The notes under the pieces were generated by a model. The model was not told where the DNA came from. It saw only the letters and a program-made list of their open reading frames with translations, and searched no databases. A DNA stretch of 64,000 bases from an uncultured Planctomycetota bacterium (GTDB lineage Bacteria; Planctomycetota; Planctomycetia; Isosphaerales; Isosphaeraceae): the NCBI GenBank assembly GCA_963823665.1, contig CAWGMQ010000005.1, forward strand, positions 1,568,001-1,632,000, in the 5' to 3' direction. The translations under genes were made by a program, and so were the position numbers. Positions 10,256 through 20,628 of this stretch are shown here, piece after piece. The stretch's first letter is position 1. The number at the start of each line of letters is the position of its first letter.

Positions 10256-11560
10256 GTGTCTGCGGATTACCAGCGCGAATACCTGGTCCGGCTACCGCTG
10301 CCGCTTGCCCAGTTATACAACCGGGCGCATAACGCCAAAGACGCCCGCGCGCGGTACGAGAACACGTTCTACTTGGGGCACCTCTGGGACCAGCTCGAGA
10401 AAGCCCGGCGCGACCGCCTGGCGTTGCTCGCGCTCTACCGGCGGATCAAGCACGGGGCCGACGGCGAGCCGGTGGGCGACCAGAGCTGTTCACTGCTGAA
10501 TGTGTTTGACGCCCTGGTGCAGTACCGCAACGACGTCATCGGCCACGGCGGCCCGAGGTTCGACTCGTTCTTCACGGGCGAGATGGGCCCGCTGCTCTTC
10601 CCGGCCGCCAACGAGATCCTCGCCGAGGGGACGTTCGACCCGCTCGGCCCGCGCGGGAGCCGCTTGGTCTACGCGAGCGCAGAGCTTCATCAACTCGACG
10701 AGGACCGTGTCGAGGTCGGGCTTCGCGAGCTGATCGGCAAGGACGGCGAACGCGCCTCGCCTATCCCATTGGGCCGTTCCCAAGCCGCCGCACTCTCCGG
10801 CCGGGTCGCCGTCATCTGGCCAGGTTGGCCGGTCCCGCTCCGGCTCGACCCGCTCTTGCTCTACCGCGAGGGAGAGCGGTCGAGCGACATGCTGTTCTTG
10901 AACCGCGACTTGAGCGGCCGGCAGGTCCAGTACCTCAACTACTCCACCGGCCGCCCTCATGCTGACTCCCGACGGCTCCCGTGTGGTCCTCATGGATTTT
11001 GGCCTCGCCAAAGGCCAGAGCCTCGACCTCACCTCCACCCGCTCCGGCGGCGTGCTGGGCACCTTGCGTTACGCCGCTCCCGAACAGCTCGCCGCCGCCA
11101 GCTTGAAAGTCGGCCCGACGGCCGACGGCCGCGGCCTTGGTGTCGTCCTCTGGGAGCTCTTGACCCGCCGCCGCTTGTTCGCCGATGCCGACGACGAGCG
11201 CGACCTGACCAATCGCATCTTTTACCAGGACGTGCCGCGACTGCGGTCGATCGACCCCTCGTTCGGTCGTGACCTGGATGCCATTGTCGCCCGCGCCGAC
11301 CGAGCGCCAGGCCCCCGACCGGATCGCCACCGCGGGGAAGTTCGCCGAATATCTCCAACTGTACCTGGGTGGTCTGCCCCTGCCAATCCGCCCGCCAACC
11401 ACGGCGGAAATGGTCGGCCGCTGGGTCCGCGCCCACAAGCCTCTGGTCGGGTCAACAGCGGCGGCGGCGCTGGTCATCACCGGCATGGAGATCAACGAGC
11501 AAACGAGCGCCATCGAGCTCCTCGAGCGCCCCAAGGTGGCAAGAGCGCCGCCGCCAGTTA
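10256..11560 (+). pseudogene. Degraded, internally deleted Ser/Thr kinase gene
   Basis: N-terminal 'LPLPLAQLY.RAHNAK' domain; kinase subdomains VII-XI ('DFGLAK', 'YAAPEQ', 'LGVVLWELLT') in a second frame and the tail in a third; subdomains I-VI absent. Confidence 0.7.
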
Positions 11561-11634
11561 GACGCGATGGGCGGCCCGCCGACGCCGTAATCTACGAGAG
11601 CTTCGCGGCCGCGCGGGCACGCCAGCGTCGACTG

Positions 11635-14034
11635 CTAACGTGGGCTCCGGCCTGCGCGGCCGTTTGCTGCCAATTGTCTGCCTGGCTTGCGGACCGGAAT
11701 TCGGACAAGACGGAAGCCGATGTTCATGTTCTGGTATGACGGCGGGAGCCCTCCGGGTTCCCCCGCCCGGCAACTGTGGCTCGCGTCGCGCCAACTGCCG
11801 CCCCGGTCCACTCGGAGAGAGCCCTGCGCCGTGTCGGTCCATTGCCACACATTTCCGTGCATGTCGCAAAGACCCAATCTGTTCGAGGGATAGGCCCCCA
11901 CCCGTGTCGGCCGCATAAGCCATGGCCCCGCCGGCGCCTTGCCGAACGGCTCGTTGCCGTTGAAGTTCGCCATTGCCGACGACAAGTCGTTAGTTGGCTT
12001 ATCGAAGTAGAAGTGGTACGAGCATTCTTCCTTGGAAGTGGCTCCGGCCCGACAGGCGTATTCCCATTCCGCCTCACTCGGCATCCGGTACAAATAACCA
12101 CGCCCGACCTCTTTTTCATTCAGCTTCTTGATGAAGTTCCGGGCGTCATCCCACGACACATTTTCGACCGGAAACAGCTTCAGCTCCTCATCGGAGACGT
12201 CCAGAACCCAGTTCCTGCCGCCGTTCGCGCGAGAAAACCAGCTCGGGTTGTTGCCCATGATCGCCTCCCACTGCCCCTGCGTCACGTTATGTAGCGCAAT
12301 GTCGAAGTCCTCCTTGATCTCCGTCGCTTTCGCCGAACCCGGCTTCCCGTCCCAGCCCATGTAAAAGGTCCCCTTCGGCAGACGTACGAACGTCATCAGT
12401 ACGCTGTCGTCTCGCTCCCGCACCGCAGCGGGCGGTGAACAGCCCGTGCGGCCGATGGTCGCCTCCCGGCCCGGTTCCAGCCGTTCCTGGTGTAAGTTGG
12501 ACATGAACACGACCTGCACGTGCGCATCCGCGGCCACGGTCAGGCGGTCGTCGGGATAGAGCAGCGTTTGCGGCACCGGTCGGGTGCGGTCGCCGCGGGC
12601 GGAGTGCAGCTTGACGGCGCCGCGTGCCTCCAGGATCATGGCGGCGGGAATGGACCGGTCCAGGTTTCGGTTCACATTTTCGATGGCCGCCAGCAGCTCG
12701 TCGCGCAGCTCCGGTTGTTTGGCAAACTCGATCGGGATGCGCTGCTCGGCTTCGTTGCTGATCTGCCGGGCGGTTGTGGTGTTGCCCGCCCGAATGTCTT
12801 TGATGCGGAAGATTCTCACCAGGAAGTCGCGCGCCTTCCTGGCCTTGTCCGCTTCCCGCTGCGCCTTCTGCTCCCGGTCCAGAGCAACGACGGACAGAGC
12901 CGACAGGCAGACCATCGCCAGCAGCACTACGCCCAGGAGCGCCGTGAGGGCCGGCCGCCGCCGCGCCCATTTCCAGGTGCGCTCCGCCGCTCCGACCGCA
13001 CGCGCCCGGATCGGCTCGCCCGCCTGGAACCGCCGAAGGTCGTCAGCCAGGTCTTCGGCGCTTGAGTAACGCCGAGCCGGCACCTTGTTCAGGCACTTCA
13101 AGCAGATCGTCTCCAGGTCGCGCGGCACCCGTGCCCCCAGGCGCGACGGCGCCAGCGGCTCTCGCTCCAGCACTTGCTGCAGCGTCTCGAGGGTCGTTTC
13201 TGCATAGAACGGTGGCTGGTCCGTCAGGCACCAATACAGCAGCGCTCCCAGGCCGTACACGTCGGCCGCCGGTCCTGTGTCGTGGACCTTGCCAGCCGCC
13301 TGCTCGGGCGCCATATACGATGCTGTGCCCATGATCGCGCCCGACTGGCTCACGTCGCGGGCCTGGGCGTCGATGCGCTTGGCTAGACCGAAGTCGGTGA
13401 TCTTCGCCACTCGCTCCGGCCCGGCCAGCAGCACGTTGCCCGGCTTCAGGTCGCGATGGATCACCCCACGCAGATGCGCGTAGTGCATCGCCCGCGCCAG
13501 CGTCTCGATCAACCCGGCGGCCTCCCGCGGGGAGGGCCGCTGCTTCTTCCACTGCTGGGCGAGCGTGCCGCCGTCGCAGAACTCCAGCGAGAAGAACGGC
13601 TGGCCACGCACCTCGCCTGCCTCGTACAGTTGCACGATATGCGCGTGTTGCAGGCGGGCCACCGCTTCCGTCTCGATCTGGAAGCGCAGCCTTTCTGTTG
13701 GGCCGGCGTGCTCAAAGGCGCGGATCATCTTCAGCGCCACGATGCGGTTGGGCTGGAGCTGCCGGGCCTGGTAAACGACCGCCATGCCGCCGCGGCCCAA
13801 CTCGCCCAGGATCTCGTAGCCGGGCACTGCGGGCAAGGCGCACTGGGCAGCGGCACCTTCGGACCGCGGCGCGCCAAGCGGGGGCAGGTCCGGCATCGGC
13901 TCCGTCCGCCGCTGCAGCGCGCTCCGGCAGTCGGGACACTGCCAAAGATGGGCCTCGGCCTGATCCAGCTCATCGTCGGGCAACGTGCCGCCCAGGAGCC
14001 GGTGGATCTGCTCGTCGCACAGGTGCGTGCTCAT
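11635..14034 (-). CDS. Zn-finger anti-sigma (HxxxCxxC) - Ser/Thr kinase - TM - FGE-sulfatase domain protein
   Basis: 'HLWQCPDC', 'LGRGGMAVVY', 'HRDLKPGN', 'DFGLAK', 'APEQ'; FGE motifs 'PSEAEWEYACRAG', 'DMHGNVWQW', 'RGGSW', 'IGFRL'. Confidence 0.93.
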   Translation of the reverse strand: MSTHLCDEQIHRLLGGTLPDDELDQAEAHLWQCPDCRSALQRRTEPMPDLPPLGAPRSEGAAAQCALPAVPGYEILGELGRGGMAVVYQARQLQPNRIVALKMIRAFEHAGPTERLRFQIETEAVARLQHAHIVQLYEAGEVRGQPFFSLEFCDGGTLAQQWKKQRPSPREAAGLIETLARAMHYAHLRGVIHRDLKPGNVLLAGPERVAKITDFGLAKRIDAQARDVSQSGAIMGTASYMAPEQAAGKVHDTGPAADVYGLGALLYWCLTDQPPFYAETTLETLQQVLEREPLAPSRLGARVPRDLETICLKCLNKVPARRYSSAEDLADDLRRFQAGEPIRARAVGAAERTWKWARRRPALTALLGVVLLAMVCLSALSVVALDREQKAQREADKARKARDFLVRIFRIKDIRAGNTTTARQISNEAEQRIPIEFAKQPELRDELLAAIENVNRNLDRSIPAAMILEARGAVKLHSARGDRTRPVPQTLLYPDDRLTVAADAHVQVVFMSNLHQERLEPGREATIGRTGCSPPAAVRERDDSVLMTFVRLPKGTFYMGWDGKPGSAKATEIKEDFDIALHNVTQGQWEAIMGNNPSWFSRANGGRNWVLDVSDEELKLFPVENVSWDDARNFIKKLNEKEVGRGYLYRMPSEAEWEYACRAGATSKEECSYHFYFDKPTNDLSSAMANFNGNEPFGKAPAGPWLMRPTRVGAYPSNRLGLCDMHGNVWQWTDTAQGSLRVDRGGSWRDASHSCRAGEPGGLPPSYQNMNIGFRLVRIPVRKPGRQLAANGRAGRSPR

Positions 14035-14654
14035 GGCAAGGCACCGTCTCCAACGGAGGGGAGAGACTCAGCCTGCCCTTCCTCCTCCAGCAGCCGGCGC
14101 ACCCGGTCCCGGGCCTTGTACACACCCGAGAGCGTCAGACCGAGCTCGCGAGCCACCTCGCACACCTCGTGGCCCTGGAGGTACGTCCGGGTGAAGGCCT
14201 CCCAGGTGTGCGGTTGGACCCGGCCGCGGACGCGGGCACAGACCTGCTCGGCGCGCTCGCAGTCGGCCCGGAATTCTTCGTCGAGTTCGCCGGCCAGTTC
14301 GTCGATGCTGACGGGGTCGGGCCAGCACCGCAGGACGTCGCCGGCCGGCTGGCTCCAGCGCTGCCGGCGGGCAAAATCCACGACCTCGTTGCCGACCACC
14401 CGGCGCAGCCAGCCGCGGAAGGTGCCGGGGTCGTGCCGCCGGTATACACCGCGGGCCAGCCCGACGACCAGCTTGTGCAGCACGCGCGAAGCGATCTCCT
14501 CAGCATCGTCCGCTTGCAGCCCGCGGCACCAGCGGAGAATGCGCGGCCGGTACCGTACGACAAAGGCCCGCCACGCCTCCTCGTTGCCGCCGACGGCCAG
14601 GTAGGGCAGCAACTGCGTGGTCGCCAGTTCAGTTGGGCCGGGGGCTTCGCTCAT
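14031..14654 (-). CDS. ECF RNA polymerase sigma factor, translationally coupled to the kinase
   Basis: 'AWRAFVVRY', 'FRGWLRRV', 'VARELGLTLSGVYKARDRV'; ATGA overlap with the kinase start. Confidence 0.9.
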   Translation of the reverse strand: MSEAPGPTELATTQLLPYLAVGGNEEAWRAFVVRYRPRILRWCRGLQADDAEEIASRVLHKLVVGLARGVYRRHDPGTFRGWLRRVVGNEVVDFARRQRWSQPAGDVLRCWPDPVSIDELAGELDEEFRADCERAEQVCARVRGRVQPHTWEAFTRTYLQGHEVCEVARELGLTLSGVYKARDRVRRLLEEEGQAESLPSVGDGALP

Positions 14655-14849
14655 CGATTGCCCGCCTTCGCAGCTCCTTGGTAAGTACGCAGCGCATCAT
14701 CTAGATTAACACACCGTTTCTCGGCGCGTCCAACGGTTTCGTTATAAGAGTGGTGGACCGGGTGAGCCGCTGCAAAGCTGAGGCCTAGGGCCTGGTCGAC
14801 TTCATTTTGAAGAGGACGGTGTATCGTCCGTTGAAAAAGGAACCTGACC

Positions 14850-15860
14850 GTGACTTCACCCACTCCCGACCCCGATGTCTGGAAGTCTCCGTTCGAGGAG
14901 CTAATGGATCAGGACACGGCCTTGCGCGCCAACGGCTTCGGCGCCCTAGTCCGCACGCCGGATCCGACGATTGGAACACCCGGTGAGGACACCGCTTTCT
15001 GGGAAGGAAAGCAGCAGCGTCCGGACGATTGCGCGATCAAGTGTCAGCAATTCATCCTGGAGCAATTCACGGGCCATGCTGTCGCCGAAGACGACCTGGT
15101 TCGAGAGGCCTGGGAGCATGGCTGGTATGCGCCGGGCCGGGGAACATCGCCGGAGAACGTGGGCAACCTTCTCGAGCTGCACGGTGTCGGCGTGACACAC
15201 TACGAACACGCCAATCAGTTTCACCTCGCCAACGAGCTGGCCCAGGGGCACAAGGTCATGGTCGCGGTGGAGTCGGACTCCTTATGGAACCACAACCCGC
15301 TTCTCGAAGCCTGGCGAGACATGCTCGGCATTCACGGCAGCCCTGACCACGCCGTCGTTGTGTCCGGGATCGACACCAGCGATCCGAAGCATGTCCTTGT
15401 CCAGGTGAGTGATCCGGGCACGGGAGAGCCGCTGGCTAGCTACCCCATGGAGCAGTTCCTGGATGCCTGGCGCGGCAGCGATTTCTTCATGGTCGCCACC
15501 GAAGATCCCGCGCCCGCCCATCTGCCGGAGATGGCCAACTTCGATTACGCCCTCGGGCACATCCCCGATGTCGCGGGCCTGCCGTATAACCAGTTCCTGG
15601 AGTACGCCGATCATCCCATCACCTACGCGGACGTGATTCACGACCATGTCGAGCACGACGACGCTGGCCAACACCACCTGCATGATCCAGCGGCCGAACA
15701 ATATGGGGAGCACGCTGGCCATTTAGGCGCCGTGGACGGTCATTCCGTGGACTTTCACCACGACCTGGTGACGGACCCACACCACCACGATGCGAGCCAC
15801 GGCGATGCAGACATGGCAAACGATCTGCCCGACGAATACACGCATCACGACCTGGGCTGA
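14850..15860 (+). CDS. C39-like papain-fold cysteine peptidase with His/Asp-rich C-terminal tail
   Basis: 'QQRPDDCAIKCQ' (Cys), 'DHAVVVSGID' (His), 'VSDP' (Asp); last ~75 aa strongly His/Asp-rich. Confidence 0.75.
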   Translation: MTSPTPDPDVWKSPFEELMDQDTALRANGFGALVRTPDPTIGTPGEDTAFWEGKQQRPDDCAIKCQQFILEQFTGHAVAEDDLVREAWEHGWYAPGRGTSPENVGNLLELHGVGVTHYEHANQFHLANELAQGHKVMVAVESDSLWNHNPLLEAWRDMLGIHGSPDHAVVVSGIDTSDPKHVLVQVSDPGTGEPLASYPMEQFLDAWRGSDFFMVATEDPAPAHLPEMANFDYALGHIPDVAGLPYNQFLEYADHPITYADVIHDHVEHDDAGQHHLHDPAAEQYGEHAGHLGAVDGHSVDFHHDLVTDPHHHDASHGDADMANDLPDEYTHHDLG

Positions 15861-15884
15861 TCGCGCCCGTCAATGAGGTAAACC

Positions 15885-17915
15885 ATGGCCCAGGCAAACC
15901 CGGTTTTGGATCGGGCGGAGGTGGTTCGCAAGAAGACCCTGGCGGCCCTGAGCTCTCTCACGGCGACGGCCAGAGCCTTTGGGCTGCCCGACCCAGCCCC
16001 CAACCTGGCGCAGTACGGCAAGAAGCTGGAGGAAAATACGTTTCAGGTGCTCGTCGTCGGCGAAGCGAAACGAGGCAAAAGCACGTTCGTCAATGCCCTG
16101 ATTGGCCGCGACATCCTGCCGACCGACGTGGACATTGCCACCAGCCAGGTCTTCCGGGTCGGCCACGCGGAGAGCGAAGCTTATCGGCTGCGCTTTGAAG
16201 ACGATTCGCAGAAGGACATCTCCGTTGCCGACCTGCATCTCTATGGCTCCCAGGGCGCGGCGGACGCGGGCGGCGCGCCGCGGCCCGACGAGAAGATCAT
16301 CCAGTGGATCGAAGTGGATGTGCCGGCGCAGTTCCTGCCGGCCAACGTGCGCATCCTCGACACGCCAGGCCTTGGAGCGCTCTACGCCGCTCACGAAAAG
16401 ATCACTTACGGCTTGGTGCCGCACGCCGACGCCGTCCTCTTCATCCTCGATTCACAGGCTCCCATTGGCGAGCCCGAAATCAAGCTCCTGAACCGGCTCC
16501 TGGAAGTGACGCGCAGTATCTTGTTCGTTCAGACGAAGATCGATCAGTTCCGCCGGGAAGCCTGGCAGGAGATCCAGAAACGGAACCAGGAGATCCTGGA
16601 GAAGAAATTCGGGGACCGCCTGGCGGACGTGCGGGTCTGGCCGATCTCCAGTATCAACCTGCGCAAGGCCGCCCAGACCGGCGATGAAGATTATTATATG
16701 GTGAGCCGCCACCGGGAGCTGGGTGCCGCATTGCAGGCATTCCTCTTTCGGGTGGCCGGCTGGAGTCGCTCGGTGGAAGCAATCCTGCTCGCCGCGCACG
16801 ACCAGGCGCTCTCCCGCCAGATCCTGACGACGCGGCTGGCTGCTTTGACCGAGGAGTCGAAACAGAAACGGGTGGAATTCCAGCAGCGGGCCCAGGAACG
16901 CCGCAAGCTGTTCGACGCGGACTGGGGCGATCGGGGACAGAAACGCCGCGAGTTGCTGGAGAGCATCCAGAGAACTGCCGCCATCGGCAAACAGTCGATT
17001 CGGAACGCCTTGCAACCCAGTGGCGATCTCGACAGGCTCTTCCGCGACCGGATCGAGGAGCTGACGGCTGCCCCGAACAGCACCGAGTTGGTCCGGTTGT
17101 CTCTGCCAAAAGCCTTCCGCGGAAGTAGCGGAAGAGATACGATCGCGGAGTGCGGGCAATTGCTCCGGTCCCTTCCTCAGGAGGTCGAAGCCGAAGCTCT
17201 CAAGCTCTGGCAGCAAGTGCGTCAAACGACCGAGGCCAAGTGCACCGAAGTGCTGGCCCCCTTCGCCCTTGCGGCGGAAGGAGTGATGCAAGCACCGGCC
17301 GCGACCCCGATGTCCTCACAACGGAGCTACGCCTCGACCTCGGATACTCAGCATGGGGTGGAGGAGATCGGGCTGAAGACGTTGCGCTTTCTGACCTCCG
17401 CGCGCGGCGCTTTGTCGTTGGTCGGCATCGCCACGTCTTTCTGGCCCGTGAGTGTGGTCGCGATCGTGGGCATGGGTCTTTCGACGATCGTCGTGGAGAA
17501 ACGAGCGCAGCTCCGGGCCGGGAAACACGAACTCATCTGTTCTCTTGGCGAACTGCTTCAACGGCTGAGAAACCATCTCCTGTTCGATGTGGACCAGACG
17601 GAGGGACGGTTCAACCGCGTGGACGAGTGCTTTAACTCGCTGGAACGATCCCTGGGCGAAGCGATTCGCACGCTTGCCTCGCGGAAACTGGCAGAGGCGC
17701 AGGAGGAAGTCGAACGGCTCGTGGAAGAGAGCCGGCTCGATGATCGAGCGCGCCAGGAGAAGGCCGCGGAAACAAAGCGCCAGTTGACCGACTGGGAACG
17801 AGTCGGATCTCTTCTCCAGGAAATTCACAACGAGCTAAAGGAGCTGGAGCACGCTCACGGGGTAGCAAAGGGCGGTCAGGCATCAGGTCAAGAGGGTCGG
17901 GTACAAGACAAATGA
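15885..17915 (+). CDS. Bacterial dynamin-like GTPase (IniA-like, with hydrophobic hairpin)
   Basis: G1 'GEAKRGKS', G2 'IATS', G3 'DTPG', G4 'TKID'; long helical stalk; hydrophobic 'LSLVGIATSFWPVSVVAIVGMGL'; SD 'gaggt'. Confidence 0.9.
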   Translation: MAQANPVLDRAEVVRKKTLAALSSLTATARAFGLPDPAPNLAQYGKKLEENTFQVLVVGEAKRGKSTFVNALIGRDILPTDVDIATSQVFRVGHAESEAYRLRFEDDSQKDISVADLHLYGSQGAADAGGAPRPDEKIIQWIEVDVPAQFLPANVRILDTPGLGALYAAHEKITYGLVPHADAVLFILDSQAPIGEPEIKLLNRLLEVTRSILFVQTKIDQFRREAWQEIQKRNQEILEKKFGDRLADVRVWPISSINLRKAAQTGDEDYYMVSRHRELGAALQAFLFRVAGWSRSVEAILLAAHDQALSRQILTTRLAALTEESKQKRVEFQQRAQERRKLFDADWGDRGQKRRELLESIQRTAAIGKQSIRNALQPSGDLDRLFRDRIEELTAAPNSTELVRLSLPKAFRGSSGRDTIAECGQLLRSLPQEVEAEALKLWQQVRQTTEAKCTEVLAPFALAAEGVMQAPAATPMSSQRSYASTSDTQHGVEEIGLKTLRFLTSARGALSLVGIATSFWPVSVVAIVGMGLSTIVVEKRAQLRAGKHELICSLGELLQRLRNHLLFDVDQTEGRFNRVDECFNSLERSLGEAIRTLASRKLAEAQEEVERLVEESRLDDRARQEKAAETKRQLTDWERVGSLLQEIHNELKELEHAHGVAKGGQASGQEGRVQDK

Positions 17916-20615
17916 CGGAAAATTTCATCGGTATCGACTTCGGAACGTGCAACAGCAGTGCGGCCTGGTTCAACACCAAGACCGGCCAGGCCGAGTCGTT
18001 GTTGAGCGCGGAGGGCCACGACAAGACCCCTTCGGTCGTTTACTTCGGCCCAAGTGAAACGGTGGTCGGCCGGCACGCGGACGAGCGGCTGGAGACTCCC
18101 AACGAGTGGAAGCGGGTGGTGAGCGCAGTGAAGCGCGACCTGGCCAAGCTGCGTACGTGGGTCGTGGGCGACCGGCATGTCGCACCCCTCGACGCCGCCA
18201 CCTTGATCCTGGAGAAGATCAAGCGGGATGCCGAGGACGGCCATTTCCACGCCCCCGTGATGCGGGCGGTGATCACCTGCCCGGCAGTCTTCGACGAGGC
18301 CGAGAAGGACAAGCTTCGCCAGGCGGCGAAGCAGGCAGGTTTCCTCAACGTGGAGCTCCTGGAAGAGCCAGTGGCGGCCGCGGTTGCTTACGCCGAGGCC
18401 GGCATCAACGTAGGGCGTTATGTCCTGGTCTATGACTTGGGCGGTGGTACCTTCGACCTGGCCTTGCTCACCCGAGAGGAGGGTGACGATGCGTTCCACC
18501 TGGCCATGGAACCGCAGGGCGAAGATCGGCGGCGAAGATTTCGATCGGGCCATCTACGACTACGTCGACCGACGCATTTTCGAGAAGACCAAGCGGCCCA
18601 TCCGGACGGACGGACTGGTGGATCTCCATCTGCTTCGCCTGTGCCGCACGCTCAAGGAGAGCCTGACCGCGAGCGAGCAGCCGCTCCCGCTGGACTGGTA
18701 CTGGCCGGGTAACGGCCAGGTGAAGCTGCCACCACTGAATCGAGCCAAATTCGAGAAGCTTGTCGAGAAGCTTGTCGACGAAACAGTGCGGCTGACCCGG
18801 TCCTTCCAGGAGGACGCTACGGCACACGGCTGCCAGCTTGATTCGGTCATCCTGATCGGCGGGTCGTCCCGAATTCCGTGCATCGTGACTCGCTTGCAGG
18901 AAGCCCTCCAGGTAAAGCCGAACAAGTGGCAGAAGCAGGACGTGGCGGTCGCCCTCGGTGCGGCTTACCACGCGCAGCGACTCTGGGGTGAAAGGCCAAG
19001 ACCCAAGCCGTCGCCAGATCCGAGCTCAACAAGCAGCGAGCCCAGTGAGCCGAGTGTCGAGGCGCAGAGTCTATTTGCTCGCGCTCGCGATCGTTTCGAC
19101 GAGGCAATGAAGTCCGAGGCGGAAGTGAGACGGCAGCAGCTTGAGGCGGCCTTGCAGCACGCCCAGGCGGCATGCGACCTCGAGCCAGGCTGGCCCGACC
19201 CGTGCCAGCTCAAGGGGCAAATTCTCCAGGAGAAAGGCGATTGGCTTCTCGCCACGGCGGCTTACACGGCCAGTCTTCGCCTGAATCCGCGCGCGGCTCG
19301 TGCACAAGAATGCCGAGGGTTATGTAAATTCATGGCCGGAGACTCGACCGGCGCCATGAAGGATTTTGACGAGGCTCTCCGGCTGCTACCGACCGAGTTT
19401 GCCTACCGCTACCGTGCGGCAACCCACCTGCGCCTGGACAATGTCGCGGCTGCGGTCAACGACATCGAGAAAGGACTCAAGCTCGCAGACCAGGAGACCC
19501 CCCGCGCCGCCCTGCATGCCGTGAATGGACTCCTCGTGCGCGACCAGCTCAATCTGACCAAAGAGTCGATCGGCAGCTTCGCTGAAGCGTTACGGCATAT
19601 GCCGCCGGTAGAGGGTTCGCTCGAACGGCGGCAGTTTCTCATGGTCGGCATCCTCTTCGACGTCCCGGTACTCATGAAGGCTGAGCCCGCCGAGTATCAT
19701 CGCAAAGCAAGCCGGCTCAACCTGTTTGCCTGGGTCAAGCAAGAGCTTTCGCTACTCTCTGCAGCCTTGCACTACGGCGGCAAACGCGAGGCCGTGTTCG
19801 AGTTCCTTGACCGCAATCTCAGGCAACGCATGAAGGTAGAGCCCCCTGCAGATCGTCCCAAAGCAGGCCGGCGCAACCTCGTTGCCTGGGTCCAGCAGGA
19901 GCTCTGGCAAACCTGTCAAGCCGTGCACGGCGGCTGCACCCGCGAGGCCGCAGTCGAGTTTTTTGACCGCAATCCGCGCGAGACCGCTGAAGCGCTCTGC
20001 CAAAAAGACCCCGAGCTCGTCCTGCACCTGGCCACCATCTGCGCAGAGAAACAGAACCCTGGAAAAACCATCGACTGGCTCAAGAACCTGTTGGTGGTGC
20101 AACCGCTATTCGATATTCGACGAGCCCGCCACGATCCATGGATCAGCCCGCTGCGAGACCCCGAGCTTCTCGATTTCCTGACGCCCAAGTGCTCGTTCGA
20201 GGAGCACCATGGGCGGGTGCTCAACTCGCTCACAGTAACCAACCGCTCCTCATTCCGTCTCACCGCGCTTCAGGTCCGGGTCCATGTGACGCGCCGCGAC
20301 GGGGAAAAAGATGAGCCAATCGCCCTGGAGCTGGGGTCTCTCGACTGCCGCGCCAGCCATCGCTGGCCGTCCGTGTTCGTGGCCCCCGGCTGGTTCAGAC
20401 GAAACATCACCCGGGTGCGTGTCACACTGCGTTGCGCGGAAGGCAAGGCCAAGATCGTGGGAAACCTTTCGGAGCCTGATTCCGAGCAGGAAGTCAGCAA
20501 AACGAATTCGAAAGACGACATCCTGGATGTTCTGCTCGTGGACGAACCCTCGGAGGATTCCCCCGTACGGAAGCAAAGGCGACGCGTGCACCGTCCCTCT
20601 TCAAGTGAAGTCTAG
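17912..20615 (+). CDS. Hsp70 (DnaK-like) ATPase domain fused to TPR repeats and a C-terminal beta domain; one frameshift near 18515
   Basis: 'IGIDFGTCNS', 'VYDLGGGTFD' in ORF 17912; 'IGGEDFD', 'LIGGSSRIP' and TPR-like helices in ORF 18420; ATGA overlap with dynamin 1. Confidence 0.85.
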
Positions 20616-20628
20616 GGATTGAGGGCCC

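Noticed and set aside
11635..12400. FGE/CLec domain as a diversity-generating retroelement target
   Set aside because: No reverse transcriptase and no template-repeat copy of the 3' end seen in the window
18500..18530. Programmed frameshift in Hsp70
   Set aside because: No slippery heptamer; similar indels are scattered through housekeeping genes
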